From the NCBI GenBank assembly GCA_030390025.1, contig CM059432.1, forward strand, positions 47,122,001 through 47,186,000: a stretch of DNA of 64,000 nt. The letters run 5' to 3'. The notes beneath the pieces were generated by a model, which did not search any database, was not told where the DNA came from, and saw only the letters and a program-made list of their open reading frames with translations. This document shows positions 1-12,545 of this stretch, piece by piece. Made by a program: the position numbers and the translations under genes. Within the stretch, counting starts at the first letter, position 1. Each line of letters begins with the position of its first letter. Source of the DNA: Squalus acanthias. Lineage: Eukaryota.

Positions 1-1700
1 TAGTGAGTTGGAGTGAATGGTGAGACATAACGTTACCTCCAGCAATGGTGATCAGTGTGAAAGGAATGACTTGGTCATTGTAGGGATGCTTTATGGTGTT
101 GCTGTGGGGTATTGGGAGCCTGGCGCAGCATATGGCAGCCATATGGGTGTAATGCATGAAGTTAAGTAAATCTGGCCATGATGATGCCATCCCTGGCCTC
201 CCGGGCAGCAAAGTGCTCGGGTGCTGGTGGATCAGAACCGCAGCTTCCTCCTGCTCCTCCTCCTCTTCTTCCAGCTGATGCTCCTCCTGCTCCTCCTCTG
301 AAGAGGCTGTGCGCTCAGTGCCTTGCTCCTCATGCAACGCTAATCCTCGCTGCTGCGCCATGTTATGCAGGGTGCAGGAGACCAGGACAATTCTGGAGAC
401 CCTGGCTGCTGCATACTGAAGCACTACTCCAGATCTGCCAAGGCATCTGAAGTGCATTTTCAGCATGCCTATTGTCTGCTCTATGAAATATCTGGTGGAA
501 ACGTGGCTTTCATTTTATCTCTCCTCGACCTCAGTACTTGGCCTCCTCAAGGGTTGACATGAGCCACGTCTTCAGTGGATAGCTCTTGTCTCCAAGCAGC
601 CAGCCGGAAAGTCTGTTTGGAGGAGCAAAGAGCTGAGGGAGAGTGGACTGGTGCAGGACGAAAGAGTCATGGCAGCTGCCAGGGAATTTGGCATCTTACT
701 ATGGTTGCAGACGAGTTGCACATTGAGGGAGTGGAAGTCCTTGCGATTGACAAAGACTCCTGGGTGATGATGGGGTGTCCTGATGGCCACATGTGTGCAG
801 TCGATGAGGCCCTGCACCCTTGGGAAGCCAGCCAGCGCGGCAAAGGCCAGCGCCCGCTCAGTAACACTGGCTTCATCAGTGACAAAGTTGATATAATTGG
901 CTGACTTGTCAAAGAGGGCATCAGTCACCTGTGTGATGCTTCTGTGGGTGGCTGACTGCGAGATGCTGCAAATGTCTGCTGCAGATCCCTGGAAGGAGCC
1001 TGAGGTGAAGAAGTTGAGGGCAATGGTGACTTTAACAGCCACTGGTAAGGTGTGTCCACCCGCTCCTCTGGGCTGCAGGTCTTGCTCCAGCAATCTGCAA
1101 ATGTCTGCGACGACCTGGCGCAATAGCCTGAGCCTCCTTTGGCACTGCTGCTCCATCATGTTGAGGAAGCTCATCTTCTGCCTGTACACCCTGTGTTGGG
1201 GATATCGTTTCCGGTGCGGTGCAGCCCTGCGCTGATGCCCTCTGTCCTGAGCAGCATCAAGTGGTTGAGGAGAAGGTTGGTGGTGTTGCTGTTGATGCTG
1301 CTCGTGTGCCTGGTGCTGCTGGTGTTGGGGCTCATTGTGAGGACCAAGGTGAGACAGTATAAATGGCACCCATTCTGATATAATAGATGGCAGGTCAAGT
1401 AGAGATGACAGAAGCAATCTGTCAATGGTGTGATAGGTTCTACCAATGAGGTGACAGTGGATCCCGACTTTGCTGGAAACACTTGCAACCTCTAGAAAGC
1501 TAAATCTGTGCTGACAATGCACTCAGCAACAGCATCGGCTTTAGGAAAGTGACCATCTGTCAGGCGGGAGTTTTTATTGTACTTTTCATGCTGTGCGCTA
1601 ATGAGGTGGATCAATGGCCACTCAACTTCCGCCTCCGGTTCACAGACATGGTTCCCAAGCTGCGTGATTCTCGTGCTCTTCCAGGGAAATTTGAAAGGTA
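1..1700 (-). mobile_element. PIF/Harbinger DNA transposon relic with HARBI1-like DDE transposase pseudogene (continues left of window)
   Basis: ORF 572-1522(-) has [10 protein letters not shown]...[20 protein letters not shown] and [15 protein letters not shown] motifs; frameshifted before the WLLGD motif. Confidence 0.88.
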
Positions 1701-1746
1701 GGGTTAAAAAGATGCTTAAGGGTCTGGCAAATACCTGATACTGATG

Positions 1747-2070
1747 TCAGGTTAACTGTCCTATTTTCTCTCTCTCTCCGTTCTTGAATAGTGGTGTTGC
1801 ATTTGCTACCTTCCAATCCACAAGGTCCATTCTAGAACCCAGAGAAATCTGGAAGATCAAAACCAATGCATCCACTATTTCTGCAGCCACCTCTTTTAAA
1901 ACCCTAGGATGTAGGCCATCAGGTCCAGCGGATTTGTTAGCTTTTAGTCCTGTGCACTCGCATTTAGTGATTTGTGTACCTGGACACCCCAATCTCTTTG
2001 CTCCTCCACAGTTTCTAGTGTCTCACCATTTAGAAAATATTCTAATTTGTCTTTCTTAGATCCAAAGTGG
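1747..2070 (-). mobile_element. CR1 LINE ORF2 fragments
   Basis: KSAGPDGLHPRVLKE...DWKVANATPLFK and HFGSKKDKLEYFLNGE motifs. Confidence 0.85.
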
Positions 2071-2332
2071 ATTTGGTGCATTGTTCTATCACCGATTGTA
2101 GATGATTTGCCTGTCAGGAGACGAAGGCACAAAGCCATTATAAAAGCAATTTTCCTTTTCCAGGAGCTGACTGGCCTGCTACTGCGTGTCTGTAGCATTT
2201 TCTGGTTTTACTTTTGCATTTAAATGGTTTTTTTTATTCTTAGTTTTAAAATGTATTGTCCTAGCAATACAACTTCAAATCCTATTTGCCTCCCCAATAG
2301 CCTTATCACACTGCTCTGGATTTATTAACTAT

Positions 2333-4622
2333 GGCTGAGAAATTCGTTGCTTTAACGCCGGCCGTTAACGCGCTTTTGTAGAAAAAATGACAGCCGCCTC
2401 GCTTCTGCCCGTTTCCGGTGCGGGACAGGCTGGCCGCCATTTTGGTAAGGGCCACAGCGCTGCCATTGACAGCGTTGGTCTCTCAAATTTAAATAAGCAG
2501 ATCGTGATGTCAATCGGCGTGCAACACCTGATTTGATGCCACAACTGTTAATTTGGAGGCTTTCATTCTCCATTATCCTGTGTCCTGAATAGAAACAGAA
2601 AAGCGTGCGTGAAGCAGCCTGCAGAGATGCTGTCAACACTTCTTAAAGGGACACACACATCTTTCAGGTAAGTTTGGATTTCAGCTTTTGGACCTTTTTT
2701 TATATTTTACTGAAGTAGTGGCTTAGTGCAATAGATTTTAAAAGTTTTAAACGTGTGCAGGGAGTGCTGCTGGATGCTTGCAATGCTTCAGATGGTAAAG
2801 GAAGGCCTCTGAGAAGACAGAGAATGTTGGAAATACTCAGCAGGTCAGGCAGCATCGGTGGAGAGAGAAACAGACGTCTCAGGTTGAGATGCTGCCTGGC
2901 TTGCTGAGTATTTCCAGCATTTTCTGTTTTTATTTCAGATTTCCAACATCCACAGCCTCTGAGAAGACCACTTGCTCACGGTCCTGGGGGACACAGGGAG
3001 ATGAAGCAGAGGCAGCAAAGGGGACAAGCTGCTCGCAGAACAACAAGGAACATGCAGAAGAGGAGGAAGCAGAAGAGGAGGAAACAGAAGAGGAGGAAGC
3101 AGAAGAGGAGGAAGCGGAAGGAAGGATGCAACTCAGGCAGCCCCTTTCTGGCTGGGATATCCGGGATGGAATCATCCGCCTGCGGTACCAGTGAACACAA
3201 CCCCAATTCCCCTTTCAACATTTGTCCCACATCTTCCCTTCCCTCTGTTACTGACCATCACAGTGTCCTCTTGGCCACAATGCTGAAATAAAAACTGTCA
3301 CAAAGCAAACTTTCCAATCCAACTTTATCCATATATGCATCAAATGTGACATCAAGAAATCAACTTATCACCCTTATGCATTTCCTTAGTGACTGTCTCG
3401 TGTGTGCCTTTGACTATCCTAGTGATGTAATGCAGTGCTACCCCAGTGGCTGCAGCATACAGCTGCAGGCTGACACTGCAGATGGCCTTGCAGGACGACC
3501 TCGAGGAACTGGGAGTGTCAAATCGAGTGATGGTGTTGCTTTTTCTTCTTCTTCTTCACTCTCCTCTCCCTCTTCTTGGTCCACCATTGGCTGGGAAAGC
3601 TGCATTTCTTGGATGTGTGAAATGTGGAAGGCACAAGGGTAGAGTTGTGGTGAGGGGAGGGCGGGAAAGCAAGAGCTGCATGCTTACACCATGCACACTC
3701 TGTAAATCAGAAGATATTGTGAGATGAGGGGGAAGTGGGATGTGAGAAGGAGGACAATGTATGAGGATACCAGCATCTTGTATTCTTTCAGCCCTGCTGC
3801 TGGTCAAGGGCTCATCCATGCCCCTGCCAAGAACAGCCAGCACCATCTGCTCCAAGGTGAAGCTAGGAATGTGAGGTGTGTCTCGTGTTTGGTAGAGATT
3901 GTTGGTAGGTGAGTGCTGGAGGGGTAGGGGGCGGTGGGTCATACAATGAGCAGTGTGTGAGGCTAGTGGTGCCCTTGGTCGGAGACAGATTTTGAAGATG
4001 CATTCACTGACCTTGACCGCTGGTCTGAGGTCATGAAACTTCTTTGGGTACTGGAGCCAGGTCGTGGGGACGACACTGCTGGAAGTGACGGCCTCGGTGA
4101 TGTCGTCCCACACCGTTCTTTCTGGAGGGCCACCTGGCCCCCTATGGGTAGAGGACCTCTCTTGCAGTGTTGACCCTCTCCACAAAGCTGGAGTGCTGCG
4201 TGTGCAGACCCTGGGTACCATTCCCTGGCTTGCTGAGCCATTTGTGTTAGTTCTGAAGAACGTTTACAAATTTTTTTACATGCAGAAGGCAGTTGTGCTC
4301 TATAGGCTAAAGACTGCCTATTTTTAAATGATTTTTATTTTTTTCACTTTAGATGGTAGTTCCCCTTTAAGGGTTTGACACTGTTTTCTAAAATGACAGG
4401 CTAGCTTTAAGACAACACTGTCTCGGTCCAGGGATGCTACGGCTATGCTACATTGGGCCTCCTGCTGAAACTACCGCCCAAACAGCGCGTTACACAGTAG
4501 GTTTTGCGCGCAAATCATTTAAATCAGCAGGCAGCACAAAAATACCGATGCTGCCTACGCTCGTTTTGCGGGCGGTCATTAACCTTGCCTCGCGGTGGCA
4601 CCGCCTGTATTCTGAGATTTCC
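2333..4622 (-). mobile_element. Non-autonomous Harbinger element with Myb/SANT-like gene remnant
   Basis: 3556-4221(-) encodes a degenerate SANT (WDDITEAVTSSSVVPTTWLQYPKKFHDL); colinear with the copy at ~16050-17990. Confidence 0.72.
2819..2954. mobile_element. Palindromic Penelope-end hairpin element with 14-bp TSD
   Basis: Arms ggaaatactcagcaggtcaggcagcatc / gatgctgcctggcttgctgagtatttcc; flanked by gcctctgagaagac at 2805-2818 and 2955-2968. Confidence 0.8.
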
Positions 4623-6292
4623 GGTGGTTATGAGCCACCTTCTTGTGTGCCAGATAAGACATGAGTATTGCAGTAAAGGCTAGGCCGAGTCTTTTGTAAC
4701 AACAGTTTGACACATCAGGTTATTTGAAGAGCAAAAATCAAGAAAGGGCATGTGTGGTGAGTTAGGGAGGCTTGTTCACATATGGCATACTGAGTGAAGG
4801 TACAATTTTAGCTAGAAGGTGACACAGATTAGGAGAAGGGATAAACAGGTTCAGAATACAGTCCTAGAAGGAGTATTGTAGATATAAAGAGACTGCAAGG
4901 AAGGATCAGGGAAGCAGATAGCATATCTTGGCCACTCTTTACAGTGTTGAATTTCTTCTGTCACTGTAAAGGTTTCCCGGGTTCGAGGAGGCGGCACAGC
5001 CGCTGCGACCTCCCTCCATAAAGTTTTTCATGTCCCTCCTTCTCCATATCTCCACTAGGAGGTCATCCAGGTTCGACTCCTGGAACCTAGCTGCTCTCTT
5101 CTTAGCTCTGGTTGCCATCTCTGTCTTCCAGATTTCTTGCTTTCTCCAGTGCTGCCGGTCCAGCTCTGAGCAGCAGTAGCTTTGCTATCTTGCTGCTGCA
5201 CAGGTTTCTACCTCTCCCATCGGTATTATCTGTCTGTCTTCCCCGCCTCTCCAAGTCATCCGTTCAGGGTCCCCTTGGGACCGAACAACTGCTGCATATA
5301 ATTTCTCTCCAAGTCACTCCTGAAGATGATATTAACACAGAGCAGTCAAGGTGGGCTCAGATTTCAAAGTAACTAATGAGGTTTATTTACAGAAATAAAA
5401 CAACTGGGCACGTACATAACAGCAGAAGCTTATGTGCAATGACAGTGGTAAACGGCTTGATCTTTTAAAACTACACTCTGCTCCTGATAGCTGTGAATGT
5501 AATGAGTCTCTTTACCAACAGACTGGAACGTGCTCCAACACTAAGGGCTGAATTTTCCGGGGTGGTAGCAGGCGAGATCGGTGGCTGGTCGGGTGGGAAA
5601 GTTGTTATTTTTGACAGCAGGTCAGGAACCCGCTGTCATCTCACTCCCACGTGCCTTTCCCACAGGCGCGTCTGTCATCATGGAGCCGACACGACTGGCA
5701 GTGGCGGGGGACCAATTGAGATCATTATCATGTAGTTGACAGGCACTTAAGAGCCTTTTTCCCCCTACTTTTTAAATTTCTCTTCATGGGCACGGGATTC
5801 ACGCAGCTCAGGAACCACGCCTGTCAACTTGAGGCAGGAGTTTCATGGCCATTGCTCCAGCTGATTACTTGACAGCATGGAAAATAAACCAACATAAAAA
5901 TATGTTGATTACATCAGCTAACAGATTGATGGAGATTCTGTTCTACTTGAAAAGCTACTGGTAAATGTTAATTCAGAAATTCCTGAAGGGATGTAAGTGC
6001 TCCCCTGGATGGTGAGGGAAATACATTTTTCACTGGCCATTCTCAGCTGTTGCCTTCCAACTGAACAGTAATTGCAGTGAATTGATCTGTGCTATAATAA
6101 ATGACATATACCATTTAAATACATTTTTTGTGTTGTTACTGGTCAGGTTTTTCTCACAGTATACTGTGATCCAGTTACACATTAAATCAAGTCATCAACC
6201 GTAACAATTTCATTCTCATCACTCATTCCATTGGTTCAATTTGCTTTCAGTTCCTGAATATAACTAATTTAATTTTTCAGTCTGAGACTTTA

Positions 6293-6447
6293 GGGTGAAT
6301 TTCTGCAGAGGCTCTCTCACTTGTCCATTGTTAATTTAAAGAAAAGCTGCAGAAATCCCCATAACACATTGCAAGCACCACTTACACTGTCTGTCAGGGA
6401 TTCCACAGCTCTTCCACTGAACTTGCATAAGATTGTAAATCCACCCC
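6293..6447. mobile_element. Short MITE-like element
   Basis: Termini gggtgaattt ... aaatccaccc, same TIR class as other Harbinger MITEs in the window. Confidence 0.5.
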
Positions 6448-7260
6448 TTTACAATTACATTTAAAATCTGCTTAATTTTATATATTACCTATACACACAC
6501 ACATCTTTTATTTGTACCAGTTACTGATACAAAAGTCTATAGATTTGTGACTAAAGCACCAATAACTTCCCAATTAATGTACATTTTTAATTATGTTCTT
6601 GATCATATTTGTAGATGGCATTATATTACTTAATGGTAATATTATTTAAATGTTTCTTTGTCACTCATATATAACTTTTATTATATTACTATAGAGTAAA
6701 GATTCAACACCCACGACGTTAGATTAAACTTAAAATGTAATGTGGCCATGGTCCCTTTAAGGAGCCCGGCTGAAAACGCACTGGGCGGGCTTAATAGGCC
6801 CCATTAAGGTAAGTTCATTTTCTACAGTGGGATGGAGCCAACAGCAGGGTCGCGACCCACCATGGACACTGCCTGCACCAGACCCGCCAAGGTAAGGAAA
6901 ATTCCGGCCTAAATTTCAGTTCTATATCATCCAGGACCAACCTGATACTGATACTTTTCATGATTCAGTCTCTCTATCTCTGTCCCACAAGCCATAGCCT
7001 TAAATTATTCATTAGCATTTGCGCTGCCTGGACTACATTCTAATGACCTAATGGTTCTTCTAACAGTTCCATTTCCAGGTTGAATGACCCACAGCTGGGA
7101 GTTGTTTCCATTATTCAAATACAGCCTTGAGGCCTAATTTGCACATTAATGCTGTATTGAAGTCATAAAAGCTACCTTGTGAAAACCAGATATGCCAAAA
7201 CTAGATGGCTTCCTTAGCTTTAGCTTTATATTTGTATCGAGCGCATATTATTAACATATA

Positions 7261-7727
7261 AAAAAAGGAAGACTTGCATTTATATAGCGCCTTTCACAAC
7301 CTCAGGACGTCCCAAAACATTTTATTGCCAATGAAGTACTTTTTGAAGTGTAGTCACTGTTATAGTGTAGGAAATGCAGCAGTCAATTTGTACACAGCAA
7401 AGTTCCACAAACAGCAATGTGATAATGACCAGATAATCTGTTTTTTATGATGTTGATTAAGGGATAAATATTGGCCAGGACACCAGGGATACCTGCCCTA
7501 CTCTTCTTCAAAATAGTGCCATGGGATCTTTTATGTCCACCTGAAAGAGCAGACAGGACCTCGGTTTAACGTCTCATCCGAAAGATGGCACCTCCGACAG
7601 TGCAGCACTCCCTCAGCACTGCACTGGAGTATAGGCCTTGATATTTGTGCTCACGTCTCTGGAGTGGGACTTGAACCCACAACCTTCTGACTCAGAGGCA
7701 AGAGTGCTATCAGCCACAGCTGACACT
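7261..7727 (-). mobile_element. Deu-domain SINE (SacSINE1-like; tRNA head, L2-type tail)
   Basis: Reverse strand shows B-box ggttcaagtcc, central ccctggtgtcctggccaatatttatccc...cagattatctggtcattatcacattgc, and tail aggcgctatataaatgcaagtc. Confidence 0.85.
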
Positions 7728-7764
7728 GTACTCATACACAAAGCTAGTTGTACGTTTAACTAAT

Positions 7765-7864
7765 ACAAAAGCAAAATACTGCAGATGCTGGATATCTGAA
7801 ATAAAAACAGAAAATGCTGGAAATACTCAGCAGGTCAGGCAGCATCTGTGACGAGAGAAACAGA
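7765..7864. mobile_element. Left arm of Penelope-end hairpin element (split by Harbinger insertion)
   Basis: aaatactgcagatgctgg...cagcaggtcaggcagcatctgtg; complementary arm resumes at 9462. Confidence 0.8.
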
Positions 7865-9461
7865 GGCCGTGATTTCGCCAGCCGTGGCGAGGCCAGAGTA
7901 GACAGCGGCCTCAAACTCCGCACCCGTCTTCATCCCGCCTCCTCCAAATTACTTTCCCCTGATTGGGCCTGCGAGGTTCCCGGCCAATTAAAAGGAAGTG
8001 GCTCTGATGTCATCAGCCGGTTTCCTTAAAGAGGCCATGTCCACATTCATTTTGACAGTTGTGCTGTCAGTGTTCTACAGCATTGAGGGGCTTCAAACAC
8101 TGACAAGCACTGCACAAAAGTGCACGGCTGCACCCAGGCTCTCCCATGACTCCCTCCATATGTTTATGGAGGGAGTCACAGCACACAAGGAGGTTCTCTT
8201 CCCTTACAATGGGCGGAAGACACCTCCCCAAGACACCAACGCAGCCTGGTTGCACATTGCACAGGAGGACACAAGCAGGAATGTTGTAAGGAGGACCAGG
8301 CTGCAGTGGCACAAACCTTTCAGTGATCACAGATCATAAAACGTTATTGCAAAGCCGCACTCAACCTCATCCTGCTGTGCCATTCATCACATCCCCATCA
8401 CTCAGCCTTCCCTACCCTACTCCTGCACATCCTTACTCACACCAACTTACCTTGCACCTCCACCCATCCCTTGCTATCTATATTATCACTTCCTCATCTC
8501 ACTAGCCACCCCTCACACTCACCCTCATCCTAGTCCAATCATACCAACTAACAACACACAAGGGTAGGCACTTGGGTGCTTTAGCCAATGTTCGTGTAAA
8601 CTTTCTGTTAATGTGTTGTCAAGCATTGAAATCCTTATTATCACCACTTTACCTTCTTGGACAGATTTGTGTGCCCCTTTGAAAGTGTCTTAGTGAGTTC
8701 CAGTGAATGGTGAGACATAACGTCCCCCCCCCCCCCCCCCCCCCCCCCCACTCCCCCAATGGTGATGAGTGTGAAAGGAATGGCTTGGATATTGTAGGGA
8801 TGCTTTATGGTGCTGGTGTGGGGTGGTGCCAACCTGGTGCATCATGTGGCAGCCAGGGTGTTCAGTGTTACGTGAAGCAAATCTGGACATGGTGAGGCCA
8901 TCGCTGGCGTCCCGGGCAGCAATGTGCACGGGTAATGATGCCCTGTGTCCAGTGCAGCATCAGTTGATTGCGGAGACGGCTGGTGTGGATGTTAGTACTG
9001 CTGGTGTGCCCAGTGTTGCTGGTGTTGGGGCTGATCGTGTTGGGATTCTGAGGACCAGGATGAGATTTTTTCAAGGGCACCAATGCTGATGGAATAGATG
9101 CCAGGTGAGGTTGAGACAACAGAAGTAATCTGTCAATGTTGAGATAGGTTGTTCCAAGGAGGTGATAGTGGATAAAGAGATTACTCCAAACACTTCAAAA
9201 GTGCATAAAGCTCAAAAGTGGGTTCCAAATCATTAATGCTAAGGCTTCTAAGATTGGTAAGTGTACAGCTGTGAAATGATAGGTTTTATACCACTTTTGC
9301 AGCTTTCACCTATTCACAGCAATCCACAGTCATTGAGAATCCAACATACTTACCTGACGTGATAGCCGCTCTCTGGGATACCGACCTGCTGTCAATCTTT
9401 GTGATTTTGACAGTGGACCCGCCTCCAAACCCGCACTCTTAACGCCAGCAAAATTCAGCCC
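7865..9461 (+). mobile_element. Internally deleted Harbinger element (Myb/SANT exon 1 on +, transposase ends on -)
   Basis: Imperfect TIRs ggccgtgattt / aaattcagccc, AGA TSD; SANT motif AAPRLSHDSL...AWLHIAQE...RTRLQWHKPFSD; 8690-9180 aligns with both ends of the transposase region at 1-1460. Confidence 0.82.
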
Positions 9462-9577
9462 AGAGTTAACATTTCAGTTCTGACGAAAGGTCATCGACCT
9501 AAAACATTAACTCCATATCTCTCTCCACAGACGCTGTCTGACCTGTTGCTTATTTCCAGCATTTTCTGTTTTTATTT
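9462..9577 (+). mobile_element. Right arm of Penelope-end hairpin with degenerate hammerhead core
   Basis: agtt-ctgacga-aaggtc atc gacct-aaaa-catt-aact. Confidence 0.72.
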
Positions 9578-9754
9578 GTGCATTTAACTACCTATATACA
9601 ATGACAATACTCTGGAATTTGTGACAGTGAACTAAATATTTTATGTCTCTGCATCTTTTCTTATGTTTTTATAATCTTTTTATTGGTTATTCAGGTTACT
9701 TGGAGGATATAGAGAAATAAGAAACTTGCATTTATATAGCAACTTTCAGACACA

Positions 9755-11315
9755 AAGATAGGCAGCATTGTAAACAGTGTAGATGGAAGCATAAAATTAC
9801 AAAGGTATATTAATAGATTAAGTGAATGGGCAAAACTGTTGCAAATGGATTTCAATGTCGGCAAATGTGAGGTCATCCACGTCGGACCTAAAACAGATAG
9901 AACAGAGTACTTTCTAAATGGTGAAAAGCTAGAAACAGTGGAGGTCCAAAGAGACTTGGGGGTCCATGTATCTAAATCATTAAAATGTAATGACCAGGTA
10001 CAGAAAATAATCAAAAAGGCTAATGGAATGCTGGCCTTTATATCTGGAAGACTAGAATACAAGGGGGTAGAAGTTATGCTACAGCTATACAAAGCCCTGG
10101 TTAGACCACACCTGGAGTACTGCGAGCAGTTCTGGGCACCGCACCTTAGGAAGGATATGTTGGCCTTGGAGGGAGTGCAGCGTAGATTTGCCAAAATGAT
10201 ACCTGGACTCCAAGGATTAAATTACGAGGAGAGATTACACAAACTAGGGTTGTATTTAGAAGGTTAAGGCGTGATTTGATCAAGGTTTTCAAGATATTAA
10301 GGGGAACAGATAGGGTAGATGAGAGAAACTTTCTACGGTGTTTGGGAGTCTAGGACTAGAGGGCATAGTCTCACAATTAGAGCTAGGCCTTTTAGGAGAG
10401 AAGGTAGGAGACACTTATACATGCAAAGGGTGGTAGAAGTTTGGAACTCTCTTCTGCAAATGGCAATTGATGCTAGATCAATTATTAATTTTAAATCTGA
10501 GATTGATAGATTTTTATTAATCAAAGATATTGGGCCTCAAGAAAAGTACAAACCTACCTGATAGTCCTGGAGGTTTGAACACTTGCGCTCCTGGGCCTCT
10601 ACGCATACGCATGCGTAAAGCCCCACGTATCCCATGGGCGCACGCAGTTCACAAGCACCCCAGGGATCACGTGGGCCGACCCAACCAATCACAAAGGTGG
10701 ATCCCCATTATGATTATGGGGATTCCATTTACGTACGGAATCCCCATAGGCATGAACAGGAATCCCCTAAAAAACACAATTACACACCAGTTAAATAAAA
10801 ATAAATCATTACATGTTCAAAATGAATTAAAAATACAATTAAATTAAACATTTAAAACAAAAATTTAATTTTTTGAAAAATAAATTTAAATGTTCTAAAG
10901 GGGCTAACAATAACCTAAACTAATTTTAAGGGTTTTTTTATGTTTAAGTAATTAAAAAAAATATTTTAATATTTATTTACACTCTTACACTGGTAAAAGA
11001 AGGCCTTATGCCTGCTTTTACCAGGCATAAGAGTTTCACGGGCATTCGCCGGGCAGTAGCTGGGAAAATAGCCCAACTCGCCGCTTACGAATGTCCATTT
11101 CCCGGGGATGCGGTGGATCTGTCAAGCTGAATCTTGACCGATCGCAAGTTCCAGGTTTTCGCGCATGCACAGCACACGCGGAAACCCGGAACTTGCAGGA
11201 TACGTACATGGTAATAGGCCCCGGAAAATCCGAGCCATTATGAGATATGAGGTTAGGTCACAGATCAGCCAGGCTCGAGGGGCTAAATGGCCTACTCCTG
11301 TTCCTATGTTCCTAA
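9755..11315 (+). mobile_element. CR1 LINE 3' fragment interrupted by a MITE
   Basis: FNVGKCEVIH...LYKALVRPHLEYC..FWAPH; tail ggcctactcctgttcctatgttcct resumes after 11236. Confidence 0.88.
10532..11236. mobile_element. Harbinger-type MITE
   Basis: ATT target duplication, right end ggaaaatccgagcc, GC-rich ends with AT-rich core; related in layout to 48360-49103. Confidence 0.65.
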
Positions 11316-11359
11316 CTTTCACATTTTCAAGATGTATGAAAATGCTTCGTGGCCAACTA

Positions 11360-11685
11360 ATTAGTTTTTGAAGTATAGCCATTTTTTTGTAGACAACCAT
11401 GGGCTGTCAATGTGTGCACAGCAAAGTCCCACAAACAGCAATGAGTTAAATTACCAGTTAATCTGTTTTTATGGTGGTATCGGATGTTGGCCTGGAGACC
11501 AATGAAATACCCAGCTCTTATTCAAATAAGTGCCTTGGGATTTTTTACACCCACCTGAACAAGCAGATGGGGCCACAGCACCTCTGGTAATGCAGCATTC
11601 TCTGTATACTACACTGAAGTATCAGCCTGGATTATGTGCTCAGGACCTGAAATAGGGTTTGAACCCACAAACTTCTGATTCAGAG
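11360..11685 (-). mobile_element. Degenerate Deu-domain SINE
   Basis: Similar to 7261-7727 (cacagcaaagtcccacaaacagcaatg; ttgaacccacaa). Confidence 0.7.
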
Positions 11686-11689
11686 AACA

Positions 11690-12545
11690 TAGAGTCATAT
11701 AGAGTCATAGAGTTATACAGCACAGAAAGAGGCCCTTCGGCCCATTGTGTCCGCACCGGCCATCAAGCCCTGTCTATTCTAATCCCATTTTCCAGCACTT
11801 GATCCGTAGCCTTGTATGCTATGGCGTTTCAAGTGCTCATCTAAATGCTTCTTGAATGTTGTGAGGGTTCCTGCCTCTACCACCCTTTCAGGCAGTGAGT
11901 TCCAGATTCCAACCACCCTCTGGGTGAAAAAGTTTTTCCTCAAATCCCCTCTAAACCTCCTGCCCCTTACCTTGAAACTATGCCCCCTGGTTATTGACCC
12001 CTCTACTAAAGGGAAAAGTTCCTTTCTATCTACCCTATCTATGCCCCTCATAATTTTGTACACCTCGATCAGGTCCCCCCTCAGCCTTCTCTGCTCTAAG
12101 GAAAACAACCCCAGCCTGTCCAGTCTCTCTTCATAGCTGAAGCGCTCCAGCCCAGGTAACATCCTGGTGAATCTCCTCTGCACCCTCTCCAATGCAATCA
12201 CATCCCTCTTATAGTGTGGTGACCAGAACTGCACACAGTATTCCAGCTGTGGCCTAACTAACATTTTGTACAGCTCCATCATAACCTCCCTGCTCTTATA
12301 TTCTATGCCTCGGCTAATGAAGGCAAGTATCCTATATGCCTTTTTAACCACCTTATCTACCTGTCCTGCTGCCTTCAGGGATCTATGTACATGCACATCA
12401 AGTTCCCTCTGATCCTCTGTCCTTCCTAGGGTCCTACCATTCATTGTGTATTCCCTTGCCTTGTTTGTCCTCCCAAAATGCATCACCTCACACTTTTCAG
12501 GGTTAAATTCCATTTGCCACTGTTCTGCCCATCTGACCAACCCGC
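11690..12545 (-). mobile_element. Young 5'-truncated CR1 LINE
   Basis: Uninterrupted ORF2 C-terminus (WAEQWQMEFNPEKCEVMHFG...WNSLPERVVEA) and (actctatg)n tail. Confidence 0.93.

Noticed and set aside
572..1522. Domesticated host HARBI1 gene
   Set aside because: Frameshifted before the catalytic C-terminal half, multi-copy in the window and embedded in transposon sequence.
2889..3291. Glu-rich or Lys/Arg-rich protein ORFs
   Set aside because: Product of a (gaagcagaagaggag)n low-complexity tract inside a non-autonomous element; repeated at ~16720.
8724..8749. Poly-C/poly-G runs as functional motifs (also ~23823, ~55868)
   Set aside because: Simple homopolymers, absent from sister copies; no further support.
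9691..10194. Long antisense ORFs over LINEs (also 11816, 31657, 42128, 59481, 60198)
   Set aside because: Shadow frames of CR1 ORF2 with no independent coding evidence.
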